A stretch of DNA of 64,000 nt from Octopus vulgaris. Lineage: Eukaryota. The translations under genes and the position numbers were made by a program. The DNA is taken from assembly GCA_951406725.2 (NCBI GenBank), contig OX597832.1:14756001-14820000 (forward strand), in the 5' to 3' direction. Below the pieces are notes generated by a model. The model was given only the letters and a program-made list of their open reading frames with translations, did no database searches and was not told where the DNA came from. Shown here one piece after another: positions 12,331 through 26,466 of this stretch (the first letter of the stretch is position 1; every line of letters begins with the position of its first letter).

Positions 12331-13968
12331 TGTAATAGAAATATGTTACAAAAGAAACTAGAAAATGCACGTGGTAATGTAAGGGGGAAGTAAGAAAAAT
12401 CAACAAAAATGCACATTGTAAATAAAAAAGTAAAGGCCTTTTATGAAAGGGAACGACAAATATATACAATTAGATGAACTGAGGTAGGAAAAAAAGTAAT
12501 AAAAGTCATAAATAAAAGTCATTATTATGAGATTATTGAAGAGATTCAAGCATACCGCGGTTTCGTAAGTTACTATTCATTGCTATGAATGAACACCGAT
12601 TAATGAACGGTGTCAGGTCTAACAGTTCCTGAGTTAATAGATTATTTGTAAGGGAGCTAAGTAGTTCTGGATTTGGTGCAATTAGGTTAGATATAGAATT
12701 GTAATGTTAATAGTGTAAGTGATCTATGGGGGTTCGTGGTATTAATTGAAGGGTTAGTAGTGTTCTGTATTATGTCATGTGTTCATATCTAGTTGGGGAA
12801 ATTTTGTATTGATGAAAGTTGCCACTGTTTTCATTCTTTGTTGGATTGAGGTGTTCTGTGAAAATTGATAGAAGGGGAAAATTTGGAAATTATGGTTTTG
12901 ATTCCTAACACACCTTTCTATGTGTTCACTAACCTGTAACTATCTGGATTGTGGGTGGCAGATTTGTTCATTGCGGATAGTGGTTCTTCGACGGAGTGAC
13001 ATTGCTATTTGTCCAATATAGTTGTTACCACATCCTAAGTACGTCATGTCATAGATTAGACTTTCCGAGGTACAGGTGAAATTTGATTTGATCGTAAATA
13101 TTTCACCTTGTTTAAAGTGGAATTCTGAACCCTCTAAAAGGTGGGGGCATGTTCCACAGTTAGGGCGGCCACATTTTTTCACTTTTAGCTCTGTTGTTAG
13201 TGGTTATAGCTTTGCGTTGGTTAATATTATTTTCAGTGACTTCGGTTGCATTTTGCTTTTTATAATTTTGTATGAGCTTAAAATTTCGTTCATTGTTTTG
13301 ACTCCTGTCAGGATGAGAAGATTTCGGGTGATAATGTTGAAGGCTTCGTTGTTTCTAGGGTTATGTGTGGAAATGTACGGGAGTATTTTTAAGTCTGCCC
13401 TAGTTTTTCGGTTGTCTTCCTTTAATATGTGTATATCTATTTCCTTAGCTCGTGTAATGCCATCATATATTAATGAGATTGGATAATTAGTGTTGATCTA
13501 AGTTCAAGGAGTCTTTGTTCACGAGTATAGGTACCCGAATCTATGGTACAGATTATTTTCGCTAGATTAAAAGGTATATTAATTTTTATGTGTTTGGGTT
13601 GGCAAGATTAAATAATATATATTGTTTAGAATCTGTGGGTTTATAAAAGATGTCTGTTTCGATGTGGTTGTTAACTTTTTTAATTAGGATGTCAAGAAAA
13701 AGGAGTTGTTTACCGTTGTGTTACATGCTGATTGTATGTTGTTGTTGATGTTGTTAAGCATTATTTTGAAATCGAGGAGTGTGTACCATGCTGTCTTTCC
13801 AAAGTATGAAGCACTCATCCAAATACCTCTTCCAGTTCTCCTTTAAATAACAATTAAATGAGGCACCATATTTTTCCAGTGATGCTTGGTATAACTTAAG
13901 TTCTAGGCAGTGCATTACAAGGTTTGCAATCAGTGGAGCAGCTCTGGTTTCCATTGCAATTCCTGTCG
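12330..13968 (-). mobile_element. Penelope-like retroelement (Neptune type), 5'-truncated and decayed: RT, Cys-rich linker, GIY-YIG endonuclease, 3' pLTR region
   Basis: ORF 13754-13981 GIAMETRAAPLIANLVM...WKRYLDECFILW matches PLE RT motifs (G.AMG...AP..ANL.M; RY.DD). ~13620-13710 reads FLDILIKK...IETDIFYKPTDS. ORF 12940-13182 KCGRPNCGTC...FTCTSESLIY....GCGNNYIGQ...LRRR is a Cys linker plus GIY-YIG. Stops and frameshifts occur throughout. The left boundary is approximate. Confidence 0.92.
12549..12584 (-). ncRNA. Degenerate minimal hammerhead ribozyme in the PLE 3' region
   Basis: Minus strand: AGCA-augaaua(cf. CUGANGA, 2 mismatches)-GUAA-c-UUAC-GAA-ACCGCGGU-A-UGCU. Helices I and II, the palindromic helix III and a GUA site are all present. 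It lies on the same strand as the PLE ORF. Confidence 0.7.
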
Positions 13969-13969
13969 C

Positions 13970-14170
13970 AGGTGAATGCAAGATGCAGGAGGAAAGAGTG
14001 AGTGAAAATTGTAGCGAAATTGTCAGCAGTTTGCCATTACTTTCTGCCGCAGCCGCTTGGAGCTTTGGTGTTTTTACTCATAAGCACACACATTGCCCGT
14101 TCTGGTATTCGAACTCGCGATCCCCTTCCTGCAAGTTCGCTGCTCTAACCACTAGATCATGTGCCTCTAC
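13970..14170 (-). mobile_element. tRNA-derived SINE, family A (3'-truncated, abutting the PLE)
   Basis: Reverse complement gaggcacatgatctagtggttagagcagcgaacttgc...gatcgcgagttcgaatacc. Confidence 0.8.
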
Positions 14171-14876
14171 ATACACCTATATAAGCATTATCGATTGTTT
14201 GTGATTTTGAGCATATATATCTATAGATACCTATATGTGTATGTTTGTCAACGTGTATAGATGAATCGAGAAATAATTATAGCTCTAGATAGATACATAC
14301 ATTGAGAGATAAGGATAATTACTGGGTCTAGTAGACGTAAATATGTGATCTTACGATTTGATTTCAAAGAAAGGCAAAATATTCATTGTATTGTACATTA
14401 TCACTTGTTTGGAGATAGGGATAAATTAAGGATGGATGTAAAAATGATGGAAACTAATTTGTGATTGTATTATCACGTTGTAAATTTTTTTTACTTATAT
14501 TTTGCAGCTCTTCTGTATATATAAAGCTGTATCGCATGATTGCCTTTCTTCACAAATCAAAAATGGATTCATAATTCATTGGTATATTGAGAGTCAATTT
14601 TAAAATCTGAATAATTTATTCGGCAGCTGAGTAAATAAATATAAGTATATATGTATATGTGATTGTGTGTCTATGTGTTTGTATGTGCGTGTGTGTGTGA
14701 GCGCGCGCGTGGTTATGTAAATTTTAATACAAATGCTATCTAATTTGAAGGCGAATTCTCCTGGTGTGCCAATATATTAGAATTCAAAATTTATGTATGC
14801 CCACGAGGTAAATGAACCATATGCATTGTAAACATAGCTGTTCCTAAAAGTCATATAACTAAATAAATACATCACC

Positions 14877-14927
<51 letters not shown>

Positions 14928-14931
14928 CATG

Positions 14932-14984
<53 letters not shown>

Positions 14985-15044
14985 AATACACACACACACA
15001 TATATATATATATTATATATATATATATATATATATCCCCGATT

Positions 15045-15436
15045 TTTGGCCAGCAAATCAAAACGGTATTTATTCTTTGTAAGCAGATTACTTATCTATC
15101 GGTCTCTTTTGGTGAACCACTAAGTTACGGGGACGTAAACACACCACCATCGGTTGTCAGGCGATGACGGAAAGGGGGAAAACACAGACACGAAAACATA
15201 TACGTACACACACACACACACACACACGCGCACACACATATATATACATATATATATATACACACATATATACAACAGGCTTGTTTCCGTTTTCGCCTAC
15301 CAAATCCACTCACACGGCTTTTGTCAACCCGAGATTATATTAGAAAACACATGCCCAAGGTGCCACGCGATGGGCCTGAACCCGGAACCGTGTGGTTGGT
15401 AAGCAAGTTACTTACTACACAGCCACTCCTACGCCT
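15045..15436 (-). mobile_element. tRNA-derived SINE, family B
   Basis: Reverse complement aggcgtaggagtggctgtgtagtaag...ggttccgggttcaggccc; colinear with 1222-1640. Confidence 0.85.
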
Positions 15437-18158
15437 ACATGTACACATATACACATATATTGTAGATTAAGGCATTTAAAATAAAATATATTTCATCATC
15501 TGCAAAAGCGGTTGTATGTAGGAGCTTTTCAGCCTGAAATTAAAATTGCTTTTTAGTTGTTTTCTCTACATTGATTTTCAAATTATATCACGTGAAAATG
15601 TGACGTAGCTATAAAGAGCATATATAAGTAAAATGTATAAATAACTGTAGATTAAATTATGAATTTTTTGACAATTATATGTGCAGCCCATGGCGTACAA
15701 GTACTGCTCGGGTTTGATTTATATGTATAGTTTTTAAACATGAGAGAATTGCTTGCTAAAATATGTGGGCACGAGTGATGCTTCTGATATTCCTTGCGGA
15801 AATTTGTGCAGGGAATATTTGAATCGTACAGGGTCTTTCCTTTTTTGCTATGCGCATAAATTGAATATACAGGAGTACTTAGGTAAACGCGAGTTAAACG
15901 ATTGCTATCGTGTTCATTTGAAATTCATCGTTTAACGAAATTTTGACAGCTATACTTATCATCGCATGCCCAAGGCAGGTTTTAACCAATTTGTCCTTGG
16001 AGATGGAATATTCTAGCATTTTGTTTCTTAATGATGCTGTTTGGTTTCAGGGAAGGTAACATAACATACATTAAAACCGTTCTTCGCTAAAGCCCCCTTG
16101 CCGTCGGCAGTGGTCGCTTGGAAGGCTCCTCGTACTTGCATAGAAATTACTACTCTGATCTGCAAAAATCTATCTTCGTCGGATTTTCTATATGTGCAGT
16201 ACCCACTGTTTCTCCGATAGAGACTACACTTATTCTACCATCTCATAGTGTTCACCGTAAGAAGTGAACTCTTATATTGTTGCCACCAGAAGTAGACACT
16301 TTTAATGAATTTCAAGCATGTGGGCACCGATAAACATTATACAGTACCCTAGTGGTAGCTGACCTGCAGATTGTATAGACAACATCCCACCTCTGTTGAT
16401 TATGCAAACAGAACAGTATTTCATCTGCATCAGACCCCTTCCCGTCAACGCAAGGGCTGATCGAATTAAAAGCTATGTATACAAACGTGCAAAATCGACG
16501 AGTGACAAGAAGCAATGCATGGGAAGTAGCAATTAAAAATTATCTCTACATATGTTGCCTCCGTTCATCTTATAAATATTGCAACAATTTCACATACCAT
16601 AAATCCCGTGCTATCTCACGCTGTCTTACTCAACATGGACTACGCTTAACATCATTTTAAAGTTGAATGCTTGAGAAGATTCGGAAATCCCTATATGAAG
16701 CTATTGGTATTATAAGCAATTACAGCGTGAAGATACACGTAATCCATTAATTAAAACAGCAAATAATTACTTATTAAGGGTGTATCTACATATTTTCTAT
16801 AGAAATTATTGCCAGCACTGATCACGTGCAAAATCACTGTCGTCGTAAAAAATGTTAGATATTCCACATGCGTTGTTATATACATATATTTTAAATTCTA
16901 GAACACTACGTTATTTAAGATTAGGTTGAGAGCTGCACCTCTATTCTCCTATAGTGATTAGACATGTGCGCTTGTAGCATATAGAAGAAAGTAAATTTGA
17001 CTGGTTTCCTATTGAATGATGTCGTATCTTCAGTTACTCACTTAATGTGTCTATCAGCAATTTCGGTGACATTGACGCGCAGGTTATAGAAACGTGCTAC
17101 ATTTTTCACTATTCTGTGTCGCACCTAAATCCTTACGCTATCCAACTTTGTATTAACATAACCCATTCTGAATCTGCTGTGCCTATTCGTATCTCTATTT
17201 ATGCTGTTCCAGAGCGTTTATCGTATAAGAGGGTTACTCCTTGCACTTCATGATTTTTCACGCCGTTCGACGCGTTCTTCCGCCCTGTAATTACCTAAAT
17301 CTAGAATTTTATGTATAAATAGGTACTTGTATATGGCTCATGATGTACTTACTGCATCTTTACCATTTACAGGGCTGTTGTAAAGCTAACGCTAACCTCA
17401 TGCCGAAAACTGGTGTATCATTGCACATTTATTACACACTAAACTATTTGAAAATCACCAGTAGGCCCGACATATACTTCCAGGCTCATCCGTGAAGCTT
17501 GCATGATTTTGGTGTTACGTTGACTGTTAATTCTATTACCCACAGTTCTATTTCAAAATGTCTAGAACCGGTAATTAGTTATAAGGTTTTCAGGTGCTTC
17601 GGTCTATAGTTGCCTTTATACTATTATGGACAAAGTTAGCCATATGCTGTATGATGTATGTGTCTTCATGTGAATATGTATATGTACATGCCTATGTATG
17701 CCGGCAAAGGGATATGAATGTTAACAGATAGAGATGCAGACGGATAGGTAGACAGGTAATATAAACAGACAAGCATACATACACACATACATGCGCAAAG
17801 GAAGACTGAAACATGCGACCATATACACACACACTTCACTGCACGTAAGGACATATATGAAGAAACAAACTCTTACATGCACAGTACATAGTCACAAAAT
17901 CCCATACACTGTCACACTCAAACATGAACACACAAGGAGATACACACAGACATGCAAACACACATACACACACACACACTCACACGCATAAATACGCACA
18001 TACATGAACATATAAACATGAATATGCAGAATAAATACATATAAATGTACTCACACACAGGCATATATACATACGCACACACACATGCATGCATACAAAC
18101 ACTTACAAGCGTACATATATATATATATATATATATATACATACATACATACATACAT

Positions 18159-18225
18159 AGGGGCAGAGTTCTGGAAAAAAACAAAAGGCGAAGACAGGTG
18201 GTGTACAAAACAAACAGATGTATAA
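18159..18225 (-). mobile_element. Terminal fragment of HHR family H1 element
   Basis: aacaaaaggcgaagacaggtggtgtacaaaacaaacag resembles 47219-47256. Confidence 0.6.
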
Positions 18226-19500
18226 TACATACATATATACATATATACATACATACACCTGAATAAACACTCATACTGATCCACACACATGCGCAGAAAC
18301 AAAAAAGAAGAGCGCAGCTCGGATAACGGACAAAGTCAATGACTGTTGGAAAGGTTGCAATACGTAACGAAAATTTTAGGAAAAATATGTAAATAAGTGG
18401 AAACTTTACTGATGAGTGTGTGTGAAATAATAAGGCACTAAATGAGAATGATTCTCCGCAGACACTACAATTTGTAATAACATATATATATATATATAGT
18501 GTATACCAAATATTACCAGGTATTGTGTTTACTGTTATGCATTCATACGATGCCATCTTTCTACTTGCTCATACATAATAATTTCGAAAAGAGTGCTTGT
18601 AGTAAGAGAATATACGTTTTACATGAATAATCGTTTTCCTTTTTCCTACATTCAAGTTTTCCTATATTGTCTTATCCTTTCATCCTGCTACCAATATTTA
18701 AAAGGTACCGCATTGTTCTTTCGCTTCTAGATTTATGCGATGTTACTCTTCATATAAACTAATACGGAAATATTGATTTCCAGACTGGCAACGAATAATT
18801 CATGAACTCTGCGTGCGCAAAGGTTGTTAACGTGGAAGAAGAGCTGTCAGTTGTAATCATACGCTGTATCCCATTCTTAGATAATGTTTAACCTATTACC
18901 TATTTAACTATTCAATGACCATACACATATATGAGGACGAGTGCTATATATATATATATATGTATGTGTGTGTATATAGTGTGAGAGAGAGAAAAGAGAG
19001 GCAAATAGATATATGGACACATGCATTTATGTGCATATATGCATGCATATATTATACACGGGTTTGTGTGTATACGGTTACATAATACATATATGCAAAA
19101 AGACTAGTGTGAGACAAAATCCCGTCTTTTTGTAGCTCTATCACCTACGCTACGAGCACTTTTTGTTTTAGATTGTGGAGAAATGCAGCGCTGCAGACAG
19201 GTATATTACAACTTCATCACACTGTTTTATTATTGTTTATGTACCTGTAATTCCGATGTATGTAGCGTTCAAACATTAGTAGCAAATATTATGGTAATTA
19301 TAAAAGAGCACCGTCTGAAATAGATTTAAAGCTTTATCGATGATACCTTTGTCGTTACTGTTCACAATACGGTTGTCGTCCCTCGGTAATCATTTCAAGA
19401 TTTCGAGGCTAAAAATTATGTCAAACGAGAAGGAAAGAACTTTATCGAAATGGGCACAAAATGATTTCGAACGGAATATTAAGGTTAATCATTAAGGTTA

Positions 19501-19862
<362 letters not shown>

Positions 19863-20317
19863 ATAATATGTGTGTGTGTGTGTGTGTATGTGTGTATGTG
19901 TGTATGTGTGTGTGTGTGTGTGTGTGTAAATACAGACAGGCTTGCGCGGTAGGAAGCTTGCTCCTCAATTACAACATTCCGGTTTCAGATCAACTGCATG
20001 GCACATTGCGCTAGTGAATTATAGTGCAACTTCGGAAACTAAAAGAATCTGGTGGTTTAAATATATGTGCTTGCGCGCGCATATGTGTGTGTGCGTATGT
20101 GTTTGTGTGTGTGTGCGCGCACACACTTACACGCAATTATAAACACAGCCTGACACATATAAATATGTTTAATTTTCGGTTTAGTTAATTTGCTGAAGAG
20201 TATTTAATCATAGAATTCGATCGTTCGAATGTGGTAAAAATTGCGTTTCTGTCTGAACCATATTTAGGATTAGAATTAACAGTGATCGTCGTTATTCGTT
20301 GTACCAAGTCAGATTAA

Positions 20318-20522
20318 GAAGGCGAGTTAGTAGGGTCGTTATGACACAGTACAAAATACCTAGCGGCACTTTGTTCATCTTTACGTCATCGAATTTACAC
20401 CGAGGTCAGCTTTGCTGTTCATACATTTGGGATCGATAAAGTAAGTACAAGTTTAGTACTAAAATAGACGTAATCACTCCACTGAACTTGCTTACCTCCT
20501 GCCAGCATTTGAAACCAATAAT
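20318..20522 (+). mobile_element. SINE family C, degenerate
   Basis: ggcgagttagtagggtcgtta...cgaggtcagctttgctgttcat...gatcgataaagtaagtac; homologous to 62.0 kb. Confidence 0.7.
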
Positions 20523-21045
20523 GAGCCACTTTGTGACAAACTTCTATAACTTGTGTACAAGTTCTACACAATAAAATATTAAACGTACCCGTTAATCTAA
20601 TGCCTACACAGCTATAGGTTCATGTACGTGTGTACACATGTGTCTACTTATCGTGCATTCTAGTATGTTTTCTAACCAATTATAACACGGTTATTTCAGG
20701 ATGCTATATTCTAACTTCATTATCTTTACACCTATATGTACGATTGTAACTTTTGACGGATCGGTGTAGGAAGTAATTTTATAATGGTTTGCAAATATGA
20801 CAGAAACTTGTTTAGCAGTTGACGCACATTAGTTATTATAACATTGGAACACACGGAATACTGTGGTATCCAATTCAGTTTTGGTTTGGTTTAACATTCG
20901 TTGATTATGAACTTGTCGCACTGCTAAAACGGTTTAGTTACATATATATATTCACAGTACTTACGCATATATGACTGCGTTCATGCTCACGTGTGTATAT
21001 ATACTTGTAAAATACTATAGGTAAGAATGTACATCTTTGTTTGTG

Positions 21046-21102
<57 letters not shown>

Positions 21103-21107
<5 letters not shown>

Positions 21108-21329
21108 CCAGAGTAAACACATAAATGTGAAACAAGGTGGAAAAAAGAGTACTCAAATACCAGTGGTAGAGTAGTATGCTTTATTTAAAGTTGCAGAAAA
21201 TTCAACAAACCTGTTACTCTGAGTTTCCCGTTGCCGTTCATCGGACAGTTTTTTTTCTAGCAAAAACTGTCCGATGAACGGCAACGGGAAACAGAGTAAC
21301 AGGTTTTGTTGAATTTTCTGCTGCTTTAA

Positions 21330-21334
<5 letters not shown>
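21103..21334. mobile_element. HHR family H2 element with a ~74-bp near-perfect palindrome, inserted in (TA)n
   Basis: 21180-21253 is the reverse complement of 21262-21334 (8-nt spacer), with (TA)n on both sides. A second copy lies at 45298-45420. Confidence 0.85.
21211..21248 (-). ncRNA. Minimal type-I hammerhead ribozyme (variant core CCGAUGA)
   Basis: Minus strand: CUGU-CCGAUGA-a-CG-GCAA-CG-g-GAA-ACUC-a-GAGU-A-ACAG. A mirror copy on the + strand at 21267-21302 has a 2-nt deletion in helix III. Confidence 0.7.
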
Positions 21335-21404
<70 letters not shown>

Positions 21405-23744
21405 CATATATATATATATCTTTCAAAACAAATATATAAACGTTATTATATATATATATATATATATACATATTTATAATGTATGAACGTGTGTACACAC
21501 ATATGCCTATACTATATCACAATATATAAGCATTCAGGAATTGAGATTAAATGTATATCACCCACATGCAAACATATACAGATATAAGTATTTATGTGTA
21601 TGTTTGGTTAGTGTGTATGTATGTGTGTATGCGTTTGTGTTTTTGCGTGTAAATGTGTTTATGTGGGCGTGTATGTGTACGTGTGTGTGCGCATCTGTGC
21701 GCGCCCATTTCTTACTGTAATCTTCGATTTCTTTGTGAATAATAAAATAATTTGCACAAATATCTTGCGATGAGGCCGCTACTTACTGATCAAATCACTA
21801 AAATTGTTTTCGTGATAATATGGCTGCTAACTCTTCTCTGTAATTATGCCATGTTTTGTTGCTTTATTCTCTTTTACGTATTTTCCTATTTTATTATCAG
21901 TATTATTCATTAGACAAAACAATGCACAACAATAAGATATACAATTAAATATTAACCTCAGCTGGAAGACAATTGGCTTTTACACAGCGGTTTGATTTAG
22001 TAAACTTGAAGAAATAAAAAAAACTTCTATAGAAAGATTCGAGTGATATGGTATTTGTAATCAGCTACCTATACTAATCAAGTCAATGTGATCAAAAGCG
22101 TTCGCATTGGAAATTATTTATGAATGAATTCCTAAATATAAAAGATGCTGGCAAAGGCTGGCGGGGGACTTAACGCAAAATTGTTTCATATTTCGTTTGC
22201 TTATATGTTCCACATCACACTTTATGCGCTACTCTTCAAAACACTGACACGTATATATTCATACACGAACACATATGCGCAAATACAAAAAAAAATGTAC
22301 GCATGTCTGTATATATGTATGGTGAGCTATGAACAATTATAGACAGCGTGAATGATGGAAAGATAAACTTGTATAGATTTCTGTCTGTCTATATGTGGAT
22401 AAGTAGGTGACTTTTCCGTTTTAAATACTTATGGAAATAGCATCCCGTTCCTGAAATATATTTTCCGTATTTGATGACTTGCTAGATTTTTCTCCCCATC
22501 ACAACCATGCAAAAATATATCGGAATACGAAACTTGAATTTTATGAACGAAATGTTTCCATCAATTTTGTAAGGATATAATACTGTTGAATTTTGCGTGT
22601 GTTCAATGAATTGATTTTAAATTTCCTTTTAGTTTTCGCTTTATTTTTATTCTCAGAGTGAAATGCATCAAATAAGCTCCAGCGCATTTTAGTCCTCAAT
22701 AAATGTATATGGAAACTAACCTTTTCTCGATAAATTATTTGTGGTCCACACACATGAGGTGTTTGCGTAATAATCACGGAAGGCTGAAACAAATATTAGC
22801 ATATTTAATGAAGCGAGACAAGAATATTTGATTAATGAAAATTACATTTGAAAATCATTTGAGATATCAATTACCTTAATGATCAATTCAGATCACATCT
22901 CTGTTACGCTGCCGCCATAATCACCCATTAGAAATGTTACAATATTTTAAAAAAGTGTGCACATAACCCAAGTCCGTTTCGTAACCACTACACTGCTGGC
23001 ACTTACACTTTCCTTAGACAAATTCAGATGTATGGAGAGGGGAAGAACGATGATTGTACAATGAAAATAAGAAAGACCCTCAGGAGTTGGGTCTTTCTTC
23101 GATTTTCTTGTTTACTTCTAAACATTCCCGTGTATCTGTCAACTTTGATTGAGTCGTTCACACCATCATAATTTCTGCACAAGACAAAAGTATAATTTTT
23201 TGCTCAGATATCTATGACAATTCATGTAACCTCAAACCAAAAGCGTGAATTGGTACCTGGTTATTAAAACGCGTGAGACGATGACGATCACAGCGGGAAG
23301 AAATTACTTGGTCTATCTGCATACCATCCACTGAGTCCACTAACACTTCTAGAGGAGAGAGAAGTAAAACGTGACTTTAATACATGGCCAATGTAAACAC
23401 TGACATCAATCATATATGTGAGTATTCAGCTGTTGTAAGCAAGATTCACTGAATCCAAAGATGCAGTCTACGAAAAATACCATTTAAGTAGTGCCACCGA
23501 AAGAGAACATGCAGTGAAATAAGTGAAATGTATGGGGTCATTTGAAGGTAAATGCTCTGTGATGTCAATTGATAGTTATGGACAAATGATATAGAATTCA
23601 GCTGAAGGTAGCACCAGCTATACCGCACTCAACGACTGAAGTTGTAAAGGGTCCGAAGTGGTTTGAATCCACTTGCTTAGTCCCTGAAAGGTGAATAAAC
23701 CCATTGATCCTCTTCCAAATTGCAAAGCACTAAAAAGGGTTCAT

Positions 23745-24420
23745 ACCGTCAACTCTCCCAAGTGACCAATCTTTTACGCAACCTGCACAACCTCCTACAC
23801 TGAAAACAAGTATCATCACTATGAGTATTGTCACCTTGTTGAAAAACAAGGAGTTCTCTTTTGGTTGTGGAAACAGGACGAGTTGCTCTTTGCATTGCAT
23901 TTTTGCAAAGTTCTCCGTTCGCTAAATCGCTAATTTTCCACTGACAGGACATATCACTTCCTAATTTACATGATCGTCTTGCGGAATTACTAGAAACATC
24001 AAAGACTGCCGGCATCCACTCACCATTACTTCCTTTCACCCTAGGATGGCCTTCGAAGTTTTGAATAGAATGGGCTTTTCAAAGTTTTTGTCATCATCAT
24101 ATACCCTTACATTTAAACGTGATTCGATGCATAGAATGCCATCGTTAAACATATTGATCCCTTATCCTGAAATTTCAGGATTCTTTATGTCATCAGTGCG
24201 TTCCAGAACTATTCAGCATCCTCTTCGCTTTTCTGCTCAGGCCCGCATTTGAACCCCTTATGGTGTTTGAAGAAATAGAGTTTCTATGCTGACGTAGAGA
24301 AATCCCTTAACATTATTATTCCCTATGCCAGAGGGCATTACTACAGGAATTGACATAATTATTTACACCATCATACATAAGTTCTCTCAGTAGGGACACT
24401 TCAACACAGAGGTGCACATC
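23745..24420 (-). mobile_element. Highly decayed RTE-clade LINE 3' remnant
   Basis: The ORF ends TCFQCRRLCRLRKRLVT (cf. RTE terminal C..C.R.C.SRIGL.SH). Upstream ERTDD.K.P..S resembles H..RM.D.R.PK. Confidence 0.5.
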
Positions 24421-26273
24421 AAACTTGAAGTCATGTGAGTTTGCTTTTCCTGTATTTTCTTCTACGTCAGTATATTCACAGAAAAGAACGACATCTCAAG
24501 GACCATCTCAAAAACAGAAATTACGGGGTGAGTCCTACTATTTCGTTGAGTTATGCAAGGAGCAACCTGTATGATTTTTTTATTGTCTTACTTAAACGAC
24601 AACTGGATATTTATTCAATTGTAATAAAAATCGGGCAATAACATTAAGTACTACTTCTCCAAACGAACCAAGTTTTCAGTGAGGAAAAACTATAGGTAAT
24701 GTCAAAATCAAAATGTACAAGAAAATAATTTTAGATCCTATAAATATGTACAGGTGAAAACATGCCAGTCATCCTGTGGATTATGTTGTATAAGTTCGCT
24801 CTCTCTCATATAAGGATATTTGGTTAACATAATTATATATATACTATTCAGAAAATTGTGAAGATTCGTAGCCTAGTGCTTTGGTCGGGGCTCGGTATAT
24901 CTTCAGGTTCTCTATAATCTGAGTTCAACATCCATTTGCCTGAATAAGGTAAAGGGAAACCACTCTGTATTGTCATGGAACCTGAAGTTCCGATAATCTA
25001 ATAAAAGGCAACAAGGGAGGGTGCCGACCATCACAAGTCTTACAGGGAGTGCTGAAGAAGGTTCATATTGACAAGACCTCCTCCAGAGCTGAGGACCATT
25101 GAAGATTATAGGAATGCAGTTAATTCCATTAAGTAAAATGTAAACTTTACTTCTTTCATATGAAGTTACTGATTTCCATTTTAAACTTTCTGATATAAGT
25201 ACACGCGATAATATATCAATGAATACTATGCGGTCCTATTTGAAGACAGATATTCTTTTAGAATATACTGTCTACATATACGTATATTTCTCTCTATCGT
25301 TTTATATATACACACACGCATGTATTGTTATATGAATATAATTGTGTATGCTTATACAGAAGCATACGTTCATGCACATAAATGTACATTATAAGTGCAA
25401 ATATAAATACAAATGCGTGTGTGTATATGTGTATGTGAGAGTGAGTATATATGCGTGTATTTGAGTGTGTGAATATGTATTCCTGGAAATGAGGGTCTTC
25501 CTGCTTCAATAATCCACGACAATAGAGAGCACGCCGGTAATACCCCATAGAAAACATTATGAAAATTCTTAGAGATACCATTTGAAATATCAAAATCAAA
25601 TTCACACACTGTATTGTATTTAATATCTGTGAAATTTATATAAATGTATTTCCTGTCAGGATGATAAGGAACCAATATAAAGTTATAAGCTATTCTGTGC
25701 TAACTTTCTTTTGTAATTCAGGAAATATTCGGATATTGAAATATAGTTTCCAGACTATTTATACATACATTCATTTATAGATCGACGGTAAGATAGATAG
25801 CGAGATACATATGCAGGTAGATATTTAAATAATTATACATTCATGCACAGTTATATGTAAAATGAAAATTCAGACACATGAATAAATATAATTTACAAAT
25901 TAGTATAAACTAAATGATGATACTTTGTGTTGCACAAGATTCTTAAATGCGGTTATATTATAGCTCATTGTTCTGAATTGAAATGATATGTTACCCTCCG
26001 TATTTCGTCTGTGCTTCAAGCAATGCATGTATTGGTCGTCTTTGTTAATTAGGAGTCATTGACTATTAAAATAGTATGATTAATTCACTTCCAATTTCTT
26101 CCGTAGAATCCGTTACTGTGATCAGAGGCGATCGTGTAATTTTGCTGAAATCGATGAAAATATGGAGATTGTGTTAGATGTAGAAATGGAGACTCGAAAT
26201 AAAGCTTACAATTATTTTTCTGATTAATTGCAGAGTAACAGAATAGAAGCAAATTATGTGATTAGGTATCTCC

Positions 26274-26304
<31 letters not shown>

Positions 26305-26382
26305 TGTATGTATGTATGTATGTATGTATGTATGTATGTATGTATGTATATATATATGCATGTATGTATGCATGTATTCATG

Positions 26383-26466
<84 letters not shown>

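Noticed and set aside
13076-13486. 136-aa + strand ORF
   Set aside because: It is antisense to the Penelope RT/endonuclease.
15950-17560. Higher-complexity, microsatellite-free block
   Set aside because: No ORF, motif or internal homology was recognised. It may be an old repeat or conserved non-coding DNA and needs BLAST.
18404-18436. ctgatga-gtgtgtgt-gaaa hammerhead-like core
   Set aside because: Helix II has only G-U pairs and helix III is missing.
24165-24200. Minus-strand ctgatga...gaaa
   Set aside because: No helix II or helix I pairing; it lies within decayed RTE coding sequence.
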